Assembly: GCA_963762115.1 (NCBI GenBank)
Contig: CAVXJH010000003.1
Span: 448,001 to 512,000, forward strand
Source: Candidatus Babeliales bacterium
Lineage (GTDB): Bacteria > Babelota > Babeliae > Babelales > JANWKD01
Direction of reading: 5' to 3'
Length of the DNA: 64,000 nucleotides
Part shown: positions 51,659-60,600 of the stretch, piece after piece
How the letters are laid out: every line of letters starts with the position of its first letter
How positions within the stretch are numbered: the stretch's first letter is position 1
Program-made: the position numbers and the translations under genes
The notes under the pieces: generated by a model
Databases searched by the model: none
The model's input: the letters and a program-made list of their open reading frames with translations, nothing else
What the model was told of the DNA's origin: nothing

Positions 51659-52375
51659 ATGTCTCACGCAAAATTATCATTATTTGCATTACTTTTCTTT
51701 CTTGTTGGCAGCAGCGCTCTAATAGCAGGTAAAAACGATACGGTTTTTACAATGAAGCAAGTGCGCAAACTTATTTCGCCAACAGATGACATGGAAGAAT
51801 ATCAAGAAGAAGAAAACAATGAGACAACAACGACAGAAAAGAGAAAAATTATAAAACCCGAAGTAAAAGCAGAAAAATATAAAAAAGTATACGTTAAGCA
51901 TTTTCAAAAACAAGAATTGTATTATCCCAAATTACTTATCAAAGATGCAAAAGCTCAAGCAAAAAAAGATCCAGAAGAAATACAAACAAAGAAATTCTCT
52001 TGGGGGCGCACAAAAGCACTCATTGGCTTTGGAACCTTATGTCTCGGATTGCCAGGTTTGTGGTTCGCATACCATGAAGAAAATGTAAGACATTTTTTAC
52101 CTTTGGCACTAACAGGAGGAGGCTTATTTGTTGCCGGAGGTCTTACTGCCTATAAAGGTGCAAATCAAGTTAGAAAAAATTGGAAACCCGACAATGCTAA
52201 ACATCTTCTAGAAAGACGCCAATTGAAAAATGTTGAAGTAAAAGATTATTTTAACAAAATTTATGACAAAGATGCGCACAAGCTATTCATAGCCAGAATG
52301 AGTGTCGTTTTTAATGAAAAAGAGACGGACCAGGCTTCTCGTTGGGAGAGTGATTTTAGTTATGGCAACAAATAG
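51659..52375 (+). CDS. Hypothetical exported protein with paired hydrophobic segments
   Basis: GAGGA RBS, signal peptide, two closely spaced Gly-rich TMs. Confidence 0.7.
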   Translation: MSHAKLSLFALLFFLVGSSALIAGKNDTVFTMKQVRKLISPTDDMEEYQEEENNETTTTEKRKIIKPEVKAEKYKKVYVKHFQKQELYYPKLLIKDAKAQAKKDPEEIQTKKFSWGRTKALIGFGTLCLGLPGLWFAYHEENVRHFLPLALTGGGLFVAGGLTAYKGANQVRKNWKPDNAKHLLERRQLKNVEVKDYFNKIYDKDAHKLFIARMSVVFNEKETDQASRWESDFSYGNK

Positions 52376-52406
52376 TAACTCTAATCATTTTTAGTATTTT
52401 ATCACA

Positions 52407-52442
52407 AAAAGAGTGCATCTCTATTGATCAGTGCGCTCTTTT
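52407..52442 (+). terminator. Intrinsic terminator
   Basis: AAAAGAGTGCA...TGCGCTCTTTT followed by a T-rich tail. Confidence 0.6.
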
Positions 52443-52462
52443 GATTTTTTGCTTGCATTTAA

Positions 52463-52491
52463 TAGACAGAAATCAAATAAAATCGTATACT
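52463..52491 (+). promoter_or_regulatory. Putative sigma70 promoter of rpsU-rbfA-pilD
   Basis: TAGACA-N17-TATACT. Confidence 0.55.
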
Positions 52492-52531
52492 TTAGATAAA
52501 TTTAACGTAATCCACCCAATAAAAGGTCATT

Positions 52532-52741
52532 ATGAGCAAAAGTTTCAATATTAAGATTTTCGTCAACAATAACGTTGAACGAGCTTTAAAGCAATTAAAG
52601 AAGAAAATGGAACGCGAAGGCGTTAGTCGTGATATGAAGCGTATCGTTTATTACGAACCACCTACACAAAAACGTCGCAAAAGCTTGATGCGCGCACAAA
52701 AACAAAATGCAATCCGTATGGCAACTCAAAGGCCTAGCTAA
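52532..52741 (+). CDS. rpsU: 30S ribosomal protein S21
   Basis: VERALKQLKKK, YYEPPT..RR. Confidence 0.92.
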   Translation: MSKSFNIKIFVNNNVERALKQLKKKMEREGVSRDMKRIVYYEPPTQKRRKSLMRAQKQNAIRMATQRPS

Positions 52742-52765
52742 ACCACTGATAGGCACAACCTCCTT

Positions 52766-53137
52766 ATGTTTGATAACCGCGCTAGAGATATAAAAAAAGC
52801 ACAAAAAGAACGATTACTCTTGAGAGAGATCTCAGGTTTGTTGTTACAAACAGGAACTGATGACCCACGCTTGCAAAAAGTTGTGGTGAGTCGGGTTTCT
52901 CTTTCTCCTGATAAAGGTTCCTGCACGGTGTTTTTTTATACCACTGAAGGAAAAGAAGCATTTGATGAAGCCTTAGAGGTTTTAAAGCTCTACAAACCAT
53001 CCCTTCGATCTGCATTGGCCGCAAAAATTCGTTCTCGCTATACCCCAAATCTAATTTTTCGCTTTGATGAACAACATGAAAAATCGGAAAAAATGAATGC
53101 GATCTTTGAACGTCTTAAAGAAAAAGGTGATGTATAA
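52766..53137 (+). CDS. rbfA: Ribosome-binding factor A
   Basis: DPRL, VSLSPD, RYTPNLIFRFD. Confidence 0.92.
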   Translation: MFDNRARDIKKAQKERLLLREISGLLLQTGTDDPRLQKVVVSRVSLSPDKGSCTVFFYTTEGKEAFDEALEVLKLYKPSLRSALAAKIRSRYTPNLIFRFDEQHEKSEKMNAIFERLKEKGDV

Positions 53138-53148
53138 TTATTAAGGTA

Positions 53149-53883
53149 TTGATACCCTTTTTTTTAGCATGGGGTTCATTCCTCAATATGCTTGGGTACC
53201 GACTCATTTCACAAGAAAGCCTTCTGATTCCTCGTTCATTTTGCCCCCATTGCAAATCGATTATTGCTTGGTATGATAACATTCCTCTCATTTCATGGAT
53301 TTTGCTCAAGCACAAATGCCGAAACTGTTCTGCTCAAATCTCTTGGCTATATCCATTCATTGAATTAACAACAACAATCATCTTTTGTGCATTGCTTATC
53401 TCTATTCCCTCACATTATTGGGCAGCTTATGCCTGTTTTTTTTCAGCACTACTCATTACCATTCGCACTGACCTAGAGACAATGCTCATTTCACGCTATG
53501 CAACACTTTTTTTAATCCCCGTCGGATTCCTGTTAAGTTATTTTGAATTTTTGCCCATTTCACTTCTTGATAGTTTTTGCGGCGCATTAACTGCCTATGC
53601 ATGGCTTTATATAATTGGTTATCTTTTTTATAGAATTACCGGCAAAATAGGCCTTGGGCAAGGTGATTATGAATTAATGGCTTTTGTTGGTTCATTTTTA
53701 GGAATAATTGGCTGGTGGTTAACTTTATTAATCGGATCATTATTTGGTTCAATTGTTGGCTTAACCTATCTTGCAATCAGTGGAAAAAGTAAAGGGACCA
53801 AAATTCCTTTTGGCCCCTTTTTAGCTTTTGGTGCAATAATCTTTGTTTTTTTCGAAAAAATAATTACCAATTTCTTGTTCTAA
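53149..53883 (+). CDS. pilD: Prepilin peptidase (A24)
   Basis: GSFLN, RSFCPHC, WYDNIP, KCRNC, YPFIEL, GQGD, IPFGPFLA. Confidence 0.93.
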   Translation: MIPFFLAWGSFLNMLGYRLISQESLLIPRSFCPHCKSIIAWYDNIPLISWILLKHKCRNCSAQISWLYPFIELTTTIIFCALLISIPSHYWAAYACFFSALLITIRTDLETMLISRYATLFLIPVGFLLSYFEFLPISLLDSFCGALTAYAWLYIIGYLFYRITGKIGLGQGDYELMAFVGSFLGIIGWWLTLLIGSLFGSIVGLTYLAISGKSKGTKIPFGPFLAFGAIIFVFFEKIITNFLF

Positions 53884-53980
53884 CTTATTATTGATTCAAT
53901 CTATACTACAAAAAAAAATTTTTATTATTAAATTGCTTTATGCAGGCCAGATGCAAAATTATTTTTGTTTTTATAGTTTT

Positions 53981-54301
53981 GGCCCTATGCGGGCCAGGCA
54001 TCCTCCTACGCTTATCCACGCCTTCCGGCTTGGCAAGCTACGAAGGACAGGCAAACCTTCGCAAAGGTGCTGCAGATCGTTTAACGATTGAGATCCTAGG
54101 GAATATTTATAGATGTTTCATGGTGAAATTTTTATAAATAAGTTAGTCCGGTAGTGCGACGTGCACCTGGAATTTTGATGCTGAAGGCATCAATAATGGA
54201 ATGGTGCATATTCGCGCGGGAGAGACAATCCAACGGAACGTTGGGGCCCTTGTATCAAAGGTATTGGGCAAACAATACCTTTGTGCTGCCCGCATAGGGC
54301 C
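53981..54301 (+). ncRNA. Unidentified highly structured non-coding element (candidate ncRNA or non-autonomous element)
   Basis: Perfect 14-bp closing helix GGCCCTATGCGGGC/GCCCGCATAGGGCC, multiple internal hairpins, G-U pairs favouring the + strand, GC-rich in an AT-rich spacer. Confidence 0.65.
54001..54053. repeat. REP-like palindrome inserted in the structured element
   Basis: TCCTCCTACGCTT...AAGCTACGAAGGA, bracketed by CAGGCA direct repeats at 53995-54000 and 54048-54053. Confidence 0.6.
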
Positions 54302-54328
54302 GAATGATATAAAAATAATAATAACTTA

Positions 54329-54817
54329 TCACGCAAGATCGTCTGTTACAATCTGAATATCATTATTTTGATTAACCGTCAGCACGTCAGCAACTCCATC
54401 ACCATCAATATCACCTGCCGCGGCAATAACAAAACCATCTTTATCAGCCCTTGTCCCCATTAAAGCTGAAGCTGGTGTGGCCAATTTACCGGTAAAATGG
54501 TGCTGACCTTCTTGGCCCTCACTAAAACCATAGGTATAATAAAACCGCTCTTTTTCTCCGCCACCAGAATAACCATCTGGTTTCCATCCTATGCCATTGT
54601 TACCATTTAATATGGTTGCATAGGTTCCATGTTCTGCCCAATGAGCTTTTTGAGCAACATATAAAGAACTAAGGTTCATATACGCTTCTGCACGTTTTGC
54701 TTTTGAAAAAAACCGTAAAAAGCTTGGAATTGATACCATTGAAAGAAATGCAATAATGGCAACAACAATCATTAATTCGATCAGGGTAAAACCCGACCTA
54801 TCCTTACACCTATCCAT
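54329..54817 (-). CDS. Type IV pilin (PilA/PilE-like)
   Basis: G-FTLIELMIVVAIIAFL class III signal; KAKRAEA; DIDGDG. Confidence 0.93.
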   Translation of the reverse strand: MDRCKDRSGFTLIELMIVVAIIAFLSMVSIPSFLRFFSKAKRAEAYMNLSSLYVAQKAHWAEHGTYATILNGNNGIGWKPDGYSGGGEKERFYYTYGFSEGQEGQHHFTGKLATPASALMGTRADKDGFVIAAAGDIDGDGVADVLTVNQNNDIQIVTDDLA

Positions 54818-55019
54818 ATTTCCCCCTAACCCTAATAATCCCTATCCAGGTTAAATCTATCATACAAGCATGAGACCCTCTTTGGTCAAGAGTTACTTAA
54901 AAATAGCTTTTTTCAAACTAAAATTAATCAGTAATTATCGGATTAACATGAACAAAAACCTCACTATTTTTAATCTTTTGTAAATAAAAACAAGGGTTTT
55001 TTGATATATAATTCATAAT

Positions 55020-55047
55020 TTGACTTTTTTAAAAATGCTAATAAAAT
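55020..55047 (+). promoter_or_regulatory. Putative sigma70 promoter of the folC-like/atp unit
   Basis: TTGACT-N16-TAAAAT. Confidence 0.45.
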
Positions 55048-55174
55048 TAAATAGTGAAGAGCAGAGTTGCTTTAAAAGGCCCAAAAAACCGTTTTTCAGG
55101 TTTAATGGTGAATTTTATCAGCTGGCTTTCTTGAGAGAGGTTTAAAAAATATAGCTATTTATGGAGAAATAAAA

Positions 55175-56599
55175 ATGGCAACACTTAACAAACAAACGAG
55201 TTCAGACAAAAGGTCTGGTCCGTTAGGGTCACAAAAAAATTACAATGAGATAATTGAGCTTCTCGATTCTTCTTGGTCATATACACCTTCAACAGAAAAA
55301 ACAATTGCAACCATGAAGGCTCTTGATCAAGCACTTGATTGCCCATCTAAAAAAATAGATGCAATTTTGGTAAGTGGTACAAATGGTAAAGGTTTAACGA
55401 TCCATTTTGCTACCAAATTATTACAAGAAGAAAAGATTTCATTCGGTGCTTTCTATTCACCTCATATTTTAAGCTACAACGAGCACTTTATCTTAAATAA
55501 TGAAACTATTTCAAACAAAACGTTCACCGAACTTGCTAATGAAGTAATCAATATTGCTCAGTCAAATGAGATTGCCGTAACGTCATACGAAATTCTCACC
55601 ATGATGGCAGTTTTATATTTTGCTCAAAACAATGTTGAAGTTGCTCTTCTTGAAATGAGAGAAGATAGTCCTTTTGATGCAACAGCAATTTGTCATCCAC
55701 AAGTTATTGCCGTTACCAGAATTACTGAAGAAGAATTAACACAAAAAAATGATCTTTCTGCTACCGTAATTAACAACTTACTACAATTAGTAAAACCTGG
55801 TACTCATGTTATTTCAGGTGATCAAAGCAAACTTAATTTACAATTGATGGCTGAAGCAGTCAAAAAAAATAACGGTACTTGGGCTATGCCTATCCGTAAA
55901 TTAGCTGCTCTTAAATATCCGTTTGAACAATTACACGGACGATGTGCCGCAATTGCTGAACGAATTTGTCAGATCTATGTTGATAAATTTGCTAAAGATG
56001 CAACAATTCTTGCAAATAGCTTATTAGCAAAACAAAAAGGTCAACGTGGTAGACCAACCCTAGAAGCAAAACGTGAAACTGAATTAAATCCTAAGAAAAC
56101 ATTAGAACAATTTTGGAAAGAAGAAGCAAGCACCTTGCCTGCACGCTTCCAAATTCTTGATAAAGAAAAACCAAGCATTCTTTTGGATAACGCAAGCAAT
56201 GTTGATGCGTTTACCAACCTTTTACTTGGCATCCGTCTTTTGCATTACCAACGCCCACTTAAAGGTTTAACCTTCATCTTTGGTTGTGATGCTCAGCAAA
56301 TGAACACTGAAGAGTTCTTACGACTCTTACGTTATTTCTCTAAAAAGAACTCAGGACAAATTATTTTCTGTCCTATTGAAGAACATGTTCCTGGCATTAA
56401 CGAAACATCATGGAATGTTGAACAAATAACCAATGATGTAAAAAGTCTCAAAATTAAAGCAAAATCAGCAAAAAGCTTTGAAGAAGCATTTGAGATTGCC
56501 AAAAAATCTGTTGATGAACGACATGGCCTTGTGGTTATTTCCGGTTCAAAAACAATTATTACTCAGTATTGGAAACTTAAGGGAATAAAAAAGATTTAA
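55175..56599 (+). CDS. Divergent FolC/Mur-ligase-fold protein with a basic RGRP insert
   Basis: VSGTNGKG, YSPHI, TSYEILT, LPARFQ, LLDNASN, VVISGS; several canonical FolC residues replaced. Confidence 0.8.
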   Translation: MATLNKQTSSDKRSGPLGSQKNYNEIIELLDSSWSYTPSTEKTIATMKALDQALDCPSKKIDAILVSGTNGKGLTIHFATKLLQEEKISFGAFYSPHILSYNEHFILNNETISNKTFTELANEVINIAQSNEIAVTSYEILTMMAVLYFAQNNVEVALLEMREDSPFDATAICHPQVIAVTRITEEELTQKNDLSATVINNLLQLVKPGTHVISGDQSKLNLQLMAEAVKKNNGTWAMPIRKLAALKYPFEQLHGRCAAIAERICQIYVDKFAKDATILANSLLAKQKGQRGRPTLEAKRETELNPKKTLEQFWKEEASTLPARFQILDKEKPSILLDNASNVDAFTNLLLGIRLLHYQRPLKGLTFIFGCDAQQMNTEEFLRLLRYFSKKNSGQIIFCPIEEHVPGINETSWNVEQITNDVKSLKIKAKSAKSFEEAFEIAKKSVDERHGLVVISGSKTIITQYWKLKGIKKI

Positions 56600-56602
56600 T
56601 CG

Positions 56603-56869
56603 ATGTATGTACCATCAATTATTATCGGACTCCTTTTAGGTTATAGTTATTGGCTCTCTTTGTTATTCGTAACAAAGAGAGCTTCTTTATGTACACAATC
56701 AAAAGCAAACAACATCATTATCATTACTGCACTAAGTTCCTTTGTGCGAATAGTACTCTTTGCAGGAATTTTTTATTATTTGTTGCGGCAAACAAATCTT
56801 CATCCTATACTAATACTACTTGTGTTTTTAAGCTCATTTTGGCTATTACTCTTGTTAAAGAAAGATTAA
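56603..56869 (+). CDS. AtpI-like small membrane protein
   Basis: Hydrophobic 88-aa ORF directly before atpB. Confidence 0.6.
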   Translation: MYVPSIIIGLLLGYSYWLSLLFVTKRASLCTQSKANNIIIITALSSFVRIVLFAGIFYYLLRQTNLHPILILLVFLSSFWLLLLLKKD

Positions 56870-56875
56870 ATAGAA

Positions 56876-57622
56876 ATGGAAGGCCTCGAACTTCTTGCTG
56901 TTGAACTATGGAATCCGCTTGGTTATTTTGGCATTGATAATGAGATGCTTAAAATAAATGCTGTAACCCTTATTAATACATGGGCTGTCTTACTAATTTT
57001 ATTAATCAGCATTTTAATAGTACGAATATTTGTAACAAAGAAGAAAACATTATTCCATTTTATAGTAAAATCTGGCATACAATCTTTTATTGATCTGACC
57101 ACACAATCTCTTGGTAGTTTTTCTTATCAACATTTTGCTTTTATCACCGCACTTTTTATTTTTATAGCATATTGCAACCTCATAGCACTCATTCCTTGGC
57201 TTGAAGAGCCAACAAAAGATTTAAATACTGCATTCGCCTTAGGATGCATTTCATTTTTTTATAAAGATTATTATGCCATTAAAGTTCATGGTTTGGGCAG
57301 CTATATTAAAGAATTTTTCCAGCCTTTCTTTCTCACATTCCCCTTAAACGTTGTCGGCCATTTTTCAAAAATTGTTTCTATATCATTCCGACTTTTTGGT
57401 AATATTTTTGGCGGTTCAGTTATTGTACATATTTATAACAATGCAATCGCAGGATCCATTATCTTTGAAACATTGGGTATTATTTCTGGCCTTAATCTTC
57501 TCACCACGCTATTTTTTATTGTTTTTGAAGGTACCATCCAAGCATTTGTTTTCACCATGCTCTCATTAACCTATTTAGCAATTGCTATTCAACCGGAAGA
57601 GTCTGAAGGAGAAATAATCTAA
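56876..57622 (+). CDS. atpB: F0 subunit a
   Basis: PTKDLN, SISFRLFGNIFGG (essential Arg), IQAFVFTMLSLTY. Confidence 0.96.
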   Translation: MEGLELLAVELWNPLGYFGIDNEMLKINAVTLINTWAVLLILLISILIVRIFVTKKKTLFHFIVKSGIQSFIDLTTQSLGSFSYQHFAFITALFIFIAYCNLIALIPWLEEPTKDLNTAFALGCISFFYKDYYAIKVHGLGSYIKEFFQPFFLTFPLNVVGHFSKIVSISFRLFGNIFGGSVIVHIYNNAIAGSIIFETLGIISGLNLLTTLFFIVFEGTIQAFVFTMLSLTYLAIAIQPEESEGEII

Positions 57623-58587
57623 TGCAAGAATTCGGCGCAGCATTACATGCTCTCAGCATTCTATTTTCTGTTGGTGTCACCTCATTAGGCGTTGGCCTTG
57701 GTGGTGGCATTGCTGCTAGAGGCGCATTACATGCTCTCAACATTGCACCACAAAGTGGTCCTGAAATTTTACGCGCCATTATTATTGGTTTGGCATTAAT
57801 TGAAACAGGTGGCATTCTTGGCGTTGTTATGGGCCTCATCCTTTTACTCGGTCAATCAATGAGTGATCCTTCATTATTGTATATTGGCATCAGCGAATGT
57901 GGCATTGCATTTGCCTTGGGCATTACCGGATGCATGGTTGGCATTTATTCAGCATTGCCAGCACGGCAAGCAGCATTATCAATTGCACGACAACCGTTTT
58001 TTAGTTCAAAAGTTATTAACATTATGCTTTTAACACAATCAATTATTCAAACACCCGTTATTTTTGGCTTTCTCATTTCACTTTTCATCAAAGCACAACT
58101 TATACAAGTACATGATTTTACTCATAGTTTAAAATTGCTGGCAAGCGGTTTATGTTTGGGCATTGGCAGCATCGGCCCTGTTATCGGTCTTGCACGGTTT
58201 GCACAAGTTGCTGTTGAAAGTATTGGTAAAAACCGTGATTCATATGGTAAAGTTATGCCATTCACCTTTATTAGTCAGGCAATTATTGAAACGCCAATCA
58301 TTTTTGCTTTTGTAATTGCTATCATTTTATTAGTTTCACCTGTTGATTTTCATCATATGTCACTGTATGGCATAGGCTTTATAACAGCTGCACTTGCTAT
58401 CGGCATCGGCACCTTTGGCCCTGGTATCAGTTCAGGGAAAATAGCTTCAGCTGCATGCAAAGAAATTGCTGTTGACCCAAAAAATTCTTCATTACTCATG
58501 AAAACAAGTATTCTAGGCCAAGGAATTGTTGATGCAGCAGCAATTTATGCTTTACTCGTTTCTCTCTTGTTACTCTTGTTAAAATAG
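57622..58587 (+). CDS. atpE: F0 subunit c, four-hairpin fusion
   Basis: Four c-like repeats ending LIET, IIQT, IIET, IVDA; ARQP loop in repeat 2; follows atpB. Confidence 0.9.
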   Translation: MQEFGAALHALSILFSVGVTSLGVGLGGGIAARGALHALNIAPQSGPEILRAIIIGLALIETGGILGVVMGLILLLGQSMSDPSLLYIGISECGIAFALGITGCMVGIYSALPARQAALSIARQPFFSSKVINIMLLTQSIIQTPVIFGFLISLFIKAQLIQVHDFTHSLKLLASGLCLGIGSIGPVIGLARFAQVAVESIGKNRDSYGKVMPFTFISQAIIETPIIFAFVIAIILLVSPVDFHHMSLYGIGFITAALAIGIGTFGPGISSGKIASAACKEIAVDPKNSSLLMKTSILGQGIVDAAAIYALLVSLLLLLLK

Positions 58588-58617
58588 AAATAACATTAAT
58601 GCGTTATAGGAAAAAAA

Positions 58618-59079
58618 ATGAATGCACTCATAAGGCCCAAAGTTGGCGTTGGCATCCTGATTATCAAAGATGATAAACTTCTTATGGGAAAAAGAAAAAA
58701 TGCTCACGGGCAAGGTACATGGGCCCCGCCAGGCGGCCATTTAGAATTTAATGAAACACCAGAAGAATGTGCAAAACGAGAAGTTTTAGAAGAAACCGGT
58801 TTACTCATTAAAAATGTTCACCGACTCACCTTCACTAATGATATTTTCTTTGACGAAAGCAAACATTATATTACTTTATATTATATTTCAGAATATTCTT
58901 CAGGCACACCTCACGTGTTAGAACCTGATAAATGCGAATCATGGGAATGGTTTTCACTTTCAAATTTGCCTACTCCTCTTTTTCTTTCATTCGAAAATTT
59001 ACTCAAACAACATGCAATACATTCCTTTGATTATCATGAAATCGCTCAAGCTTGTTATCTAAAAGATATCTCATTTTAA
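58618..59079 (+). CDS. Nudix hydrolase (NUDT15-like)
   Basis: RPKVGVG, GGHLEFNETPEECAKREVLEETG, EPDKCESWEWF. Confidence 0.92.
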   Translation: MNALIRPKVGVGILIIKDDKLLMGKRKNAHGQGTWAPPGGHLEFNETPEECAKREVLEETGLLIKNVHRLTFTNDIFFDESKHYITLYYISEYSSGTPHVLEPDKCESWEWFSLSNLPTPLFLSFENLLKQHAIHSFDYHEIAQACYLKDISF

Positions 59080-59147
59080 CACAAATTTAATGAGCAACAT
59101 TTTTTAAAATAAAAAGTATTGAACTTACAACAAAAACATTAAAACCG

Positions 59148-59328
59148 AAATGTCATTGCGAGGCACATTGTGCCGTGGCAACCCAGATTATAAAATTCTT
59201 TCTTTATTTTTTCTAATTTTAATTTGCTTAAATTTACTGATTCAATAAGCTTTTTATTTTTATGGATTTTATTAATAGAACATTATAATCTGGGTTGCCA
59301 CGGCACAATGTGCCTCGCAATGACATTT
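59148..59328. mobile_element. Palindromic MITE/REPIN-like element, copy 1
   Basis: Perfect 46-bp terminal inverted repeats (59148-59193 and 59283-59328) around an AT-rich core. Confidence 0.85.
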
Positions 59329-59400
59329 TGGCATATATTGTAATCTCGAAGCAGTGCATTATAATTATTATCTAAAAAACTAGAGAAAAGAGTAAATACA

Positions 59401-60537
59401 ATGGAAAAAAAGGAGCTCCAGGTACTTTATATTATCACCAAATTAGAATTGGGCGGCGCACAAAAAGTATGTTTATCACTGTTTGAAAAACTTCAAAATC
59501 TTGGCAATGCAGCCTATCTTATTTCTGGCAATGAAGGAACTTTAGTCGATCAGGTAAAAAACAAAAATAATGTTCATTTACTGCCTAATTTTAAACGTGA
59601 AATGTCTTTAAAAATAGTTTGGTCAGAACTAAAAAACTTCTTTCAACTCATCTGGCATATTCGTAATCTGCGCAAAGAAAATCCTCGACTTATTGTACAC
59701 ACCCATAGCACAAAAGCAGGCTTAATTGGCCGCTGGGCAGCATTTTTTGCACGAGTGCCAACACGCATACACACCGTGCATGGGTACCATTTTCATGATC
59801 ATCAATCATGGCCATTATGGCTTATTTCTTATCTTCTTGAATTCATTACGAGCTTTATTACGACACATTATGTGTGTGTTTCATCAGCTGACATTAACTA
59901 CGGCATCAAGTTATTACCTTTTTTTAAGAAAAAAAGCTCAATCATCCGCGCAGCCGTTGCTTGGGAACAATTTTATTTGTCTGCCAAAGTCACCACCATA
60001 CAAGATAAAAAACCTTTTGTAATCGGTACGGTTGCTTGCTTCAAAAAACAAAAAAATATTGATGAATTGTTACAAGCTTTTACTCATGCATATCAAAAAA
60101 ATAATTTGCTCAGACTTGAAATCTTAGGTGATGGCATTTTAAGAAACAGTTTTGAAGAATGGATTAATAAGCATAATCTTTCAGCGGTCATAACCCTCCA
60201 TGGTTGGCAAAAAGATGTCAGTTCATTTATGAAAATATGGCACGCTTTTGCTTTAACATCACTCTGGGAAGGATTACCATGCGCTATTATTGAAGCACGC
60301 CTTATGAAATTACCAATTCTTGCTTATAATACTGGCGGCATTCATGATGTTGTTTTTAACAATCAAAATGGCTTTTTATATGCCCAACATGATTGGCAAA
60401 CCATGGCCGATGATATGCTTAAAATAAGCAACAATAAAGAGTTATACAACCGCTTAAGTAATCACCAAGAAGATCTATTAGCGTTTCATGATAACAATAT
60501 GGTTCAAGCACATGTTGCTTTATATGCATCGTATTAA
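59401..60537 (+). CDS. Glycosyltransferase family 4
   Basis: LGGAQ, HTHSTKAG, HTVHG, SLWEGLP..IIEA, GGIHDVV. Confidence 0.92.
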   Translation: MEKKELQVLYIITKLELGGAQKVCLSLFEKLQNLGNAAYLISGNEGTLVDQVKNKNNVHLLPNFKREMSLKIVWSELKNFFQLIWHIRNLRKENPRLIVHTHSTKAGLIGRWAAFFARVPTRIHTVHGYHFHDHQSWPLWLISYLLEFITSFITTHYVCVSSADINYGIKLLPFFKKKSSIIRAAVAWEQFYLSAKVTTIQDKKPFVIGTVACFKKQKNIDELLQAFTHAYQKNNLLRLEILGDGILRNSFEEWINKHNLSAVITLHGWQKDVSSFMKIWHAFALTSLWEGLPCAIIEARLMKLPILAYNTGGIHDVVFNNQNGFLYAQHDWQTMADDMLKISNNKELYNRLSNHQEDLLAFHDNNMVQAHVALYASY

Positions 60538-60600
60538 CACTAATTCAATATAAAAAATTTAAAAACTTAATAATCAAAAATAACTACCAATACATCGAAT

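Noticed and set aside
54045..54100. c-di-GMP-I riboswitch (GGCAAACC...)
   Set aside because: It lacks the GACGCAAA junction and second-stem signature, and is not upstream of a co-oriented gene.
53891..54137. Short ORFs 53891-54091 and 53940-54137
   Set aside because: No RBS or protein-like character; they read through the structured non-coding element.
53981..54301. Group I/II intron, retron ncRNA, tmRNA or RNase P identity for the structured element
   Set aside because: Only fragments resemble them (GTGCGACG; GATTG/TAGTC; terminal inverted repeat). There is no bulged domain V, P3-P4-P6 core, tRNA-like end, GAGGAAAGTCC or nearby reverse transcriptase.
55058..55174. THF riboswitch upstream of the folC-like gene (AGCAGAGT start)
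   Set aside because: The downstream conserved elements (CGTTAAG, GGGA..GTTG, CCGCTG) are absent.
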